A DNA stretch of 64,000 nucleotides from assembly GCA_008690995.1 (NCBI GenBank), contig VRMN01000004.1:62001-126000 (forward strand). Direction: 5' to 3'. The DNA is from Porphyridium purpureum. Taxonomy: Eukaryota. The translations under genes and the position numbers were made by a program. Of the stretch, positions 10,247-19,890 are shown one piece after another. A model generated the notes under the pieces. It searched no databases. It worked only from the letters and a program-made list of their open reading frames with translations, and was not told the origin of the DNA. Each line of letters begins with the position of its first letter. The first letter of the stretch is position 1.

Positions 10247-11584
10247 CTACTGGTTATACTCGTTCGCAACAAAAACCTCGTACACAAACTGAAAGTATTG
10301 CGTCATGTTCACGGTGGCCATGAAAAAGTTGCACGACAAGTTGGCCTCGAGGAAGAGCATCCCATCAGGAGTGAGTGCGACGTCCCAGCCAACAAGCGGA
10401 ATAGTGGGCATGAGCCGCTCATGCAAGCGCAGGCACTCTGCCTTCATCTGCGAAACATGGTCGGCGACGTCGACGCCCGCAATGAGTACATTTGAGTCTG
10501 GATGCTGCCAAAATTGCTCGTTCATACGCCACGCGCCACGCAAGCCGGCCATGCCGAGCTTGTACCAATGGGCGTTGCTGTGCCCAATCCCAATCTTGCC
10601 CGAGGCGTCCTCTACGTCGAATAGGATCGCGTCGTGGTCGGTGGCGGCACCAGCGCGACCCGCACGGAACGCCATGCAGACCACGAAGAAGAGCGATGCG
10701 CGCTCACTCTTGTGCGAGCTATTATTAGTTACACTCAGTGCACCAAGCAGGCCAGCGCCAGTGGAACGCATTTGGTCAGATACGCAGCGCCGCGACGCTG
10801 TGACCACGCGAAACGTCGACAGCGGGGCGTCAGCTGGTAGAAGCGCCGCGAGTTCGGACGCATTGCGGAGCACTGGCTGGATGATCCACTTGCCGCCATG
10901 CGTCGCATTACGGAAGAAAAACACGCCCAAGCCCCCTTCTTCGTTTTTGTCCTTGAGTACCACGCCGTCAAGGTCCAGCCATGGCGACACGGGCGCTCCA
11001 GCGTCCTGCGCGGCGGTCAGGAAGGCCCACTTGTTTTCCAGGGCGTAAGCCTTATCCCGTGAGCCTAGGTAGTGCAGCGCCGACACACGGCAATTGATTT
11101 GCCACAGTGTAAACCATGTGGCCGGGCCGGCTCGCCCGCCTTCCTTGCCTGCGTGGCTGCCCACGCTGCACAACAAGATGCGCCCAAACTCGGTGCTCAG
11201 CCCTGCCCAGTTTGGCACTGTAAAACTGAACGCGCTCACCAAGCACAGAAGAGGGTACAAGAGCGCCACGAACACGTACATTGTGAACCGATTGTACACA
11301 AACAGCGACAGCGGCACGCCCGTGCCGGGAACCGCCACGTTGCGCAGATTGCGCTGCAGGTCTTCCCGAGCGCTTGCACTACGATAATGCGGCGCGCCGC
11401 CATCCTTGAGCAGCGCCACCGACAGATAGAGTGCGTAGATGGTCACCTGCGCCGGAATATGCGCGACATCGGCGAAAAACGGGCACGAGTTCAGCGCGCC
11501 ACCGAACAGGAAGTAGTGGAGGCAGCCTTCGAACAGCAACACATTCCGCGCAATCGACACCAACGCAAGCATTAGCGAAATCAT
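10247..11584 (-). CDS. ATP-grasp fold protein (sugar-transfer-associated / alpha-L-glutamate ligase-like) with N-terminal hydrophobic segments
   Basis: ENKWAFL, VVLKDKNEEGGLGV, WIIQPVLRN, STFRVVT, GWDVALTPDGMLFLEAN. Confidence 0.75.
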   Translation of the reverse strand: MISLMLALVSIARNVLLFEGCLHYFLFGGALNSCPFFADVAHIPAQVTIYALYLSVALLKDGGAPHYRSASAREDLQRNLRNVAVPGTGVPLSLFVYNRFTMYVFVALLYPLLCLVSAFSFTVPNWAGLSTEFGRILLCSVGSHAGKEGGRAGPATWFTLWQINCRVSALHYLGSRDKAYALENKWAFLTAAQDAGAPVSPWLDLDGVVLKDKNEEGGLGVFFFRNATHGGKWIIQPVLRNASELAALLPADAPLSTFRVVTASRRCVSDQMRSTGAGLLGALSVTNNSSHKSERASLFFVVCMAFRAGRAGAATDHDAILFDVEDASGKIGIGHSNAHWYKLGMAGLRGAWRMNEQFWQHPDSNVLIAGVDVADHVSQMKAECLRLHERLMPTIPLVGWDVALTPDGMLFLEANLSCNFFMATVNMTQYFQFVYEVFVANEYNQ

Positions 11585-11790
11585 CGCTCACCGCCAAAAC
11601 TCCACCCCTTCGCCTGCTCTCACCAGACAGCCTTGAACTTGACGGCTGGCAGGTTCCTTGAAAAAGCCGCGTGGGTACGAGTGGATGAATATGACCGCGT
11701 TGCGGCACGTGGAGCGACACGGTAAGAAGAGTTTTCATTTGGAGCTGACATACGTCTTCCTTCTTTTATCGTGGATGCCTCGAATGTGCA

Positions 11791-13368
11791 CTAGATCTTG
11801 CTCAGACAATAGCGCTCGAGACTCTGCGCGAGCTCGGAAATGTAGTGGGTCTTGCCGTTGTACGATAAACAGTTCTCCACCATGCGTTTGATGTCCGCAA
11901 TGAAGATCTCCTTGGTGACGTAGTACCAACCGAGGTCGAGCCGTCTCTGAATGAGACCAAGGTCGACAGGATTCTTGATAACTTCGTAATAGTCGTACGC
12001 ACCGGTCTGCTCCGGCTGCACGGGGTCGTAAAATGGCCACGCGCTGGAGTGTTCCTTCACAAGGGTTAGCACATGCTGTAAGTGCTTCTGCAGCGCCTCC
12101 TGCGCACCTGGCGCCCGGTTCGCCAGTGTCGCGCGCATGTGATAGGAAACCGTCTGCTCTCTGCGCGCCGAGCCGCCGGCATCCGCCGCGTCGGCACCTG
12201 TACCAGGACTGCTCGATCCGTCCAGCAGCTTGATGCCCTGAATCCCCGGGATCTCACGTACATCCATGCCCCCACGCTTGGATACATCGATTCCCGGATA
12301 AACAATGTGCGAGCCGGACATTTCCTTGAGACGCTCGATGAGCGCCATTTTCTGCGCCTTGATGTAAGCGGGCATATTCAAGTAGTTGACCTTGTCGTGC
12401 AGCTTGCACTCCATCAAAGTGACGCCCTCGTAGTCCTTGATGTAGCCTTGCCAAAGCTCACGCGGCAGCTGAATTTTCTTGGAAAAGCCCTGCTTCTTAA
12501 AATACGGTACCGCGTTGTTGTCTGCACATGTTAGAAGGTAAGAGAGCTTAATTTCTTTCGCGTGCTCCTTGGTATGTGCCATCAGGCGGGTGCCGTAGCC
12601 GCGCACCTGCTCATTGTGCGAGATGGCCAGGAACGCAATTTCGGCGAAACCCTGCGAGGGGAAGGGCCGGTAGCAACATCCGCCCATCACAATGTACTCG
12701 CCACGATCTGTCCGCTTGAGCAACGCCATGCTTTCGTGCTTACGATCAAAGACCAGCCGCGTCACATACGGCTTGGGCATATTCGGTAGCTGTTTGACAA
12801 AGACGTTTTTCAGCCCTAGAAGCAGGATCAGGTTCTCGCGTGAGCCGTTGTTACGCACCACTTTGAACTTGACCGAGCCGGAAAACTCCTCCTTGACCAT
12901 GCGCACCCAGCGCTGCACGTACGCAAGTTGCGAGTCTGGACCAAGAATATCGTCCGTGCTCTGCATCCACGCACCGGGTGGAGGCATCTTGGGGTTTTTT
13001 GCCGGAGGCGGGACCACAATCGGCCGGATGCGATATTCGACGTCGTCGCCCTCGGGCAGGGCCGCCACTTCCGGGTCGATATGGTGCAGCATTTCCGTCC
13101 CGCGGCGGCCCAGTTCTACGTCTCCGCACTTGCGCGAGTCGTGCTCCAGTTTGATGCCCATGAAATGGTCGCCAGCTGCAGCCGGTGCCCCCACGGGCTT
13201 GGCTGCCGCTGCGCCTGGGGCGGCGCCACCGCTTGGTTCTTGTGGCGATACATCCGCAGGCTCCGACCCATCCTCCTGACTGGCCGCACGAACATGCACT
13301 CCCTTTTCGGATATCGGCTCACCCTCTACTTTCCGGCGTTTCAACCCGGCGCCCGCCTGCTTTCCCAT
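11791..13368 (-). CDS. GCN5: Histone acetyltransferase GCN5 (GNAT + bromodomain)
   Basis: KQLPNMPKPYVTRLVFD, FAEIAFLAI, QVRGYGTRLM, GYIKDYEG; bromodomain AWPFYDPV..DYYEVIKNPVDL..NCLSYN; likely start MGKQ at 13368. Confidence 0.97.
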   Translation of the reverse strand: MGKQAGAGLKRRKVEGEPISEKGVHVRAASQEDGSEPADVSPQEPSGGAAPGAAAAKPVGAPAAAGDHFMGIKLEHDSRKCGDVELGRRGTEMLHHIDPEVAALPEGDDVEYRIRPIVVPPPAKNPKMPPPGAWMQSTDDILGPDSQLAYVQRWVRMVKEEFSGSVKFKVVRNNGSRENLILLLGLKNVFVKQLPNMPKPYVTRLVFDRKHESMALLKRTDRGEYIVMGGCCYRPFPSQGFAEIAFLAISHNEQVRGYGTRLMAHTKEHAKEIKLSYLLTCADNNAVPYFKKQGFSKKIQLPRELWQGYIKDYEGVTLMECKLHDKVNYLNMPAYIKAQKMALIERLKEMSGSHIVYPGIDVSKRGGMDVREIPGIQGIKLLDGSSSPGTGADAADAGGSARREQTVSYHMRATLANRAPGAQEALQKHLQHVLTLVKEHSSAWPFYDPVQPEQTGAYDYYEVIKNPVDLGLIQRRLDLGWYYVTKEIFIADIKRMVENCLSYNGKTHYISELAQSLERYCLSKI

Positions 13369-13729
13369 GGTATGAATCCCAATGCGACACGAGAAACACC
13401 TCTGCTTGCCTGAATCCAGGCCGTTGGTGCCTTTCTTTGGCCACCGGTGCTTCTTCGGACAGCCCGCCTCACGGAGCCACGAGCGCCGCGCAGGCCAGGC
13501 CAGGCGGCGAAGAAGGACGGCCGCTTCCGCACGCCACAACCGAGATCGCGCGGCAGCAACGGAGCATGCAAGCGCCTTTCGCAAGCGCAACACGACACGC
13601 AGCGTGTCGCGCGCGCGCCTGATTCTGGCGGTGCTCGCTCACCACCTCTGTCTGATGTTGAGTAACGCCACTTTGGCATGCATTTAGTTCCGATAAAATA
13701 GGCCTGTTTCAGTACGATCTTCAAAAACA

Positions 13730-14110
13730 TACCGTTATTTGACTGTACCCTGAGTGTACACTGCAACCATGCCATGTACGGGATGGCTGCTTCCCAACAC
13801 TGAGGCGACTCGACGAGCATGCAGCATGGCGTATTCGCACGCATTATCTCTGCGAGTTGCACGCGGAGGTTCTTCGCGAGGTGCGCGCGAAATGTATCCA
13901 CCAAGATACGCGTTGGAGCGTGTGTACGAAAGCCGGCGCTCTCCTCCTGCTCCTAGAACTACGCAGAGCAGCGACAGAGACAGAAAAGAAAAAGTAAATA
14001 GACTGCCTTTTGAGCAGGCCGTCGACCAGTGGATTCACGGCATGGAATCCTACGTTTCCACAGCGACAGATTATAGTGCACTGCGTGGGTTTACACTTCG
14101 TCAACGAACT
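13730..14110 (-). mobile_element. Probable decayed Ty1/copia integrase fragment
   Basis: Collinear fragments GFHAVNPLVD..SIYFF, RSN..VDTFRAHLAKN and CMLVESPQCWEAAIPYMAWL resemble the copia integrase core (YxxxFVDD, RSDNGGEF..F..L..NG, RxML.ES.LP..W.EA); frameshifted. Confidence 0.42.
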
Positions 14111-16022
14111 GGCAAGCGGTGCACAGACTAGAGCAGAAGTAGAGTCGCGGTCATTCGCAAGCAGCGATACTTTGATGACCAAAGAACGACATCGCATGCA
14201 GAACGATATATCTGCGCCAACGCAATGGTGGACCCTGCCGAACTAGGCAAAGGGTGTTTGTCGCGTGTGGCATTAAGGTTGGAGTTTGGACTGCCGGTTA
14301 ATGAATCGGTCACCGTGGGAATCTACAATATGTGTCAGAGCTCCAAGCTTTATATCAGAGGCCCCATGCGGTATCGAAGGTGATGATCTCTAAGACTAGC
14401 ACTAGATGTCCGTTGGGCAACAAATTGGACGTAATCTATTCATAAGAGACCAACGTGATGACTGAATTTGTTCGTCAATGCGGCTTTGTGTGCAGGCCCA
14501 GTGCCGGTCGCAAACGGATTTTTCACGTGCGTCCTTACTCGGGCTATCACAGCCATTCCTTTGCACACATCAGGTTGTCAAGGCCTCGTTCCACCTGTCT
14601 TCCCCTCTTCCTGTTCGCTTGATCTTCGTCCCTTGCCTCGGCTCGCGAACTGCTTGCGAGTCCAAATGCTTTGTGAAGCCTTGTGCGGGGTACACGCCAG
14701 CGCTAAGGACAGCAAAACGACAGAAATCTTAGGGCGATACCGACGCGCTGGTCAGGATCCAGCAACATTGCAATGGGCATCCAACATGGCTACAGTGAGG
14801 CCCTAGCAGAGAGCACAGTGGCCGCGGGACTGATGCATAGCGCGTGGCTGGCCATGCTTGAGCTGTGAAGCTGAATTTGTACGAGCTGCTGCTTTTGGAG
14901 AACCAAAAATAAAAAATAAGTTGAGTGGTCCCTGATGGACACGGTCGAGACGAAGCGAAGGAAAACATTTTGGGACAGATCGGAAATCACAGGCTTTAAG
15001 ACTGAGATAGAAGGTAGAAGGAATGGCGAAAAGAGCCAAAAGAAAGGTCCGCAAGTTGGATTGATGTGATTGTTGAAAAATTCAGGTAGGATTCGCGCTG
15101 ATGGGAAGCTCTGGTATCGTGCAATCAGATATCAGTCTCGACAGCTTTCTAAAAGGCAGCTGGGGCTTCAGAACAACTTGCATCACATTTCCCATATCAA
15201 GACCGGTTCACTTTCTGTCGCAATTTCCTAGAGATTCAACCTTCCGTCTCTCTTCCTCATCTGCCTTTCCTTCTTCAATGCTCGTTTTCTGTTTTCATTC
15301 GCTCGGGAGCATTGATTTGTTTTGCGTAGACTTCCACCGAGACCTGTGTACCTTCCACGCACCTTTTTCACAGTTAGTGAAAGTATACACCTATAAACGT
15401 ATTCTCGGCGCTTCGCAGCCACTTCAGTGCGTCGATCCGACAACCGTGACACTCGTTGAGTCCAGTGCGACTTCTTCTTGCTTGCGAAATGATTGTGCAA
15501 GCCGCTTGATTCGCTGCAGAATAATATTCTGTGGTGAACCAGTTTCATCCTCCCACAAAACAACATGTTCTGTAAGTTGAAAGTGAGAGTATCTTCCTTT
15601 TTCTCTTTTTGGTAGCTGTGAGACGCAGGTCCAAGTTGCACTTACTTACATGGTCTCTAAAGTCACTGGGCGTGTTTCCACAAGATTTAGATTCGCAGAT
15701 TCGGTCTTTTTGAACCATTCATTTTCCCTTTCCTTTTTCCCGGAAAGTGTCTCATCTTTCGGGGACTTAACGAAGGACTGCGCACGGGGGCGGACACTTT
15801 CCGGTGAGCCCGAAAATCAGCGCCTACTTCCCTCACGAAAGGGAAACTGTTTGGCGTGGAAACCGCAAAGGAAAGCGACGCAAGTGTCGATAAAATGGCG
15901 ACGCGGCCAGGGCCAAAGCTTCGTCTCTGCAGGCGGGACAGTGGCAGCGCGCAGTGGTGAAGGTAAGTCGGAGGGACCGGGAAGAAGTAGGTTGGGAAAG
16001 ACGTGGAAAGTTGGCCACGAAG

Positions 16023-19000
16023 ATGGAGGCAGCTCAAGTTGATGGCGCCCAGAAAGCTGTTGACCAGCAGTTGAGCGTGATACGCTCTCCGCATACGCAG
16101 CCTGCGCCTCAACGCCGTGATCCTGCGCTCCAGGACTTGGTGCAGAAACTGGGTGCTGAAAAGGGCTGGGACTCGGAAGATGAGGAAGAATTCCTGAACG
16201 AGATGGACGCAGCAGGGCTGTCCTGTGCTAGCATCAGAGGTATGCAGCTCCCGGAGCTAAAGCGTTGGCTACCAACGTTCAAGATGAACGCTTTGGAATT
16301 GCAGGAAGCGTGCAAAGCCCTTGAGCCCGGGAGCCGAGATGCAGAGCTGTACTTCACTGCCTACGAAATCCAAATGATGGTCATCCTGTGCAGAGCTCTT
16401 GGAGGAGAACCTGGAAGCCAGCCAGATCCTTTGGACTTTCTGCGCAAAAGGATGTCTCACGAGCACAATGCTAAGCTGGTCATGGTCGCGCGCGAGAAGG
16501 AGTTCCTTTTGGCCGAAAGTGAAGACACAACCAAGAACATCCTGTATCTGATCGTGGCGTGCGGTTATGGCGAAGCTGAAGAGAGCGTTGCCCAGAGTAT
16601 TCTGCAAGCCTTTTCTCAAGGATTTGCCTCCGACCTGCACGTATTCAATGTGTTTAAAGAGCGCGCGCGTCGAATTCCTTTGGACTTCATTGTCCGATGG
16701 TACATGCGCCGTGACGCTTCCGAAAACCAAGGCATTGAGCGGAGAGTGCTATTCTGTGGGCATTCGTTTGGTGGAGCTGTCGCGCATACTGCCGCACTGG
16801 ACTTGCTTCTTTCGTGGAATATTTTTGGGAGTGACTCTACGAGTCTGCGATCTGCAGCTTTTGGTTCGCCATACTTTGGTAACAAGAATGCCCGGCATTT
16901 GGCGAAACCATTTTCTGAACGTTTTTTGACATTCTATCACAAGGAAGACTGTGTGCCATCGATTTTGAATGCTGCAGGACTCGCAGTGGTTCTCGCGAGC
17001 CAGATGCACGAATACATAGGTATCGCAGAGAATCTCGCTGGTTTGGCCGCCCGTCTAGCTCCTTCCAGTATTGCGGAGATTGCAAAAGCTGGAACTGAAT
17101 TCGTCGTCCACGTCAAGAGCGCCATGCTGAAGTTTCAAGAGGAAAAGGAGCATTTTTCACTGGACTTTTATGGAGGAGTTCCAATTGGAATATACGGAGT
17201 GTTCGGGCTACAGGCCAACACGCAACTCAAGTCCCATTCGTCGGACGCGTCGAGCAATCTGCCCCAGTACATCACCGACCCAGAAGAAATCAAGATGCAA
17301 TACACAGCTGACGGGCTGACGAGGAATAAGTTGATGAATTATCACAGTCTGTGGAAAACGCTTGAACAACACAAGCAGATTCATCTTAAACTTCGCTCCG
17401 AAGAGGAGAAGTCAATCGAATGCAAAATTTGGGACGAACTTGCGCCAAGAATTACGTCCGTCAAAGTGAAACGAATGGTTTGCGAGGGAGATAACGCGGA
17501 TCGCGGCCATGTAGAGGTTAATATCAACGGAAAAAATCTTGAACTCACCCAGTGCATGAAGCTCGAGTATCTCGCAGTGGGCGCACGCGACCCGTCGCTG
17601 TCGCTGAACGATGGTTGGATCAAGATTCGCAATACCCCAAGCCGAGTCCCTTTGATCGTATTGTGCTTGGAGCTCTCGAGTCCTGCCGGTGCAGGGAACC
17701 TGAATGTTGTACCGAAAGTCAAGCTTCGCACAACGTTGGGTGCTTGCGAACATATTATTTGCAAGGAGGATATTTCCGAAGGGCTATCATTTGATGCCGA
17801 CCGCTGGATTCAGGATATGGGGCCTGTGTTTTTGGACGTTTTGGTGACGCGCACGATATTAGAGTATCTCCTGGTAGACAAGCAAGATCGCGCGCGCGCG
17901 CGTGAGTCAAACATCTTGGTTTCGTCGCTGGTCAAGATGTACGGGAACTTATTGCAGCATGAAGGCAAAAATGGTCCAAGGAATGTCTTTGAAGACGTTT
18001 TTTTTGACTCGACCAATTTGGAGCTTGCAGACGAAAGGCGCGTGGAGGAGCTTTGTGACCAAGTTCGGGATGCGGTGAAGGACCTGGTGAAGGACCTGTG
18101 CGCACCGCTGAAACTTAAATTTAAGGCTCATGTACTGAAAAAGGTGCTCGTTGGAACTGCGATTACTCTTGGACTCGTAGTGCTTGTTGGAGGTGCTTTT
18201 TTTTTGCTGCCTATCTTGGTGCCCGCAGCAGGTGCTGGGGCAGGTGCAGCAGGTGCTGGGGCAGGTGCAGCAGGTGCTGGGGCAGGTGCAGCAGGTGCAG
18301 CAGGTGCAGCAGGTGCAGCAGGTGCAGCAGGTGCAGCGGTGCAGCAGCAGGTGCGGCGGCAGGTGCTGGGGCAGGTGCTGGGGCAGGTGCAGCAGGTGCA
18401 GCAGGTGCAGCAGGTGCAGCAGGTGCAGCAGGTGCAGCAGGTGCAGCAGGTACAGCAGCAGGTGCTGGGGCAGGTGCTGCGGCAGTCGCTGAGGGAGGTG
18501 TCTTATGGACGGGAACGATGCTGGTCGCTGGAGCGGTTGCTTCGGTGTCAACCGGTGTTGCATCTATGTTTCTCATTTCCGAAGCACAGGAGCGTAATTA
18601 CCTTGAAGTATTGAATCTCATTCTATTCAACTTGGGAGTGGATACGTCTACGATGGTGTTTGAAAAGGCGCAGGCGAAAGAGCGAAAGATACGAGAATAT
18701 TTCTCAACGTTGACTCCAAATGACGACGAAGTCATGCAAACTTTTGTAGACGAGCCGGCTGTCAATGAATGCTACGCAGCTACTGCTCTATTCAGGAGTG
18801 GACAATACAGTCGCTCGACGGAGAAGCGTATTTGCTACCTTGTTCGCGCCGTCTTGCTTGTTTGTGAGATGCGCAAATACATCCTGTCTGAATTCATCCT
18901 CGGCGTGCATGGCGTGCACAACGCCGGCAAGTCCTCCCTCATGAAGCTGCTGCTGAACGAGTCGGGTGGCCATATTCGAAACGGTTTGGAGCCTGACTTT

Positions 19001-19636
19001 CGAACTCGCCACCCGTGCATGTACGACGTTGCCCCTGGGCTATCGGACTCTGCTATTCGCCTTGTCGACTTTCCCGGGTCTACGGATCAAGATCCGGCTG
19101 CGCGACTGTACTCGGACAAGTTCAAGCGGGCCTCGACGGGTATAATCGTGATGTTTTCCGCGGGTCACATTGGAGTGAAGGAAAAAGCGATAATTGCGGA
19201 GGTTATCAGGACAGATATGCTGGAGTCTGTCGTGGGCATCTTTGTGAATCGAGTGACCACCATGTCAAACCAAGTCACGGATTATTCAAAGTATCGGCAG
19301 GATGTGATCAGCGCTCTCGAGCTGCCGGATGGGCATCACCATCTGGTGGACTTGATTGAGCTCTACAACGAACGCGATGAAGGTCATCATAGTGTTGAGC
19401 ATGCTCGTTTTCTTTCCAGTCACGGTGTACTGGGTCCATCAGAGATTCTTCGTCGGATTTCGGAACGGTGCAAGGCAAAGTTCACTCTGAACGGTGCTCA
19501 AAGGCGTGCGATGGAAGCATGCTTTGAGAATCGTAGTCCTGAGCAAATTGAGGCGGTTCTGCGCGATCTGCGCGGATACAAGCCGCCACGGCTGTCTCGT
19601 CCTGAGCAGTCTCTGTCGAGTTTTGGTACAGAATAG
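16023..19636 (+). CDS. Class-3 lipase + TM/Gly-Ala zipper + P-loop GTPase fusion (~1200 aa), interrupted by a -1 frameshift at ~18337
   Basis: Lipase motifs GHSFGG, AAFGSP, EDCVPS; hydrophobic helix; GAGAAG repeat; after the frameshift a second hydrophobic helix and GVHNAGKSS (G1), DFPG (G3), VNRV (G4-like). Adding one A after 18337 fuses ORFs 15954-18614 and 18518-19636. Confidence 0.8.
18225..18485 (+). repeat. Coding tandem repeat of GCAGGTGCA / GCAGGTGCTGGG units (poly Ala-Gly)
   Basis: Directly visible array of 9/12-nt units; one unit lacks an A (GCGGT at 18336-18340). Confidence 0.95.
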
Positions 19637-19890
19637 ACCGCGACCGGCTAGGTCGGCCGGCGGCGAAACTTGTGCTCGGCAGGGCGCCATGGAAAATCGG
19701 TGTGGTTGTGGGGAGTTGCTGAACTTGATGCGGTACTCTCAATTTCGGAGGGGTCGGGGAGGCGTGGATGGTTGCAGCGTAACTAGTTGTGGTACCAGAG
19801 CACGGCGTGCAAGCTTGAAAGCGTCGTGAATTTTCCTTTTAAAATTTTCTGTTTGGATTCCGAAAAGAGTGCTCAAAATAGGCACCGAGG

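Noticed and set aside
14380..14465. Possible box C/D snoRNA (GTGATGA...CTGA)
   Set aside because: No recognisable rRNA antisense element or firm terminal stem; lies in decayed DNA.
18225..18485. CRISPR-like array
   Set aside because: Contiguous 9/12-nt coding repeats with no unique spacers and no cas genes.
18338..18614. Poly-Gln/Val (QQVQQV) domain at the end of ORF 15954-18614
   Set aside because: Out-of-frame reading of the Ala-Gly repeat after the 1-nt deletion.
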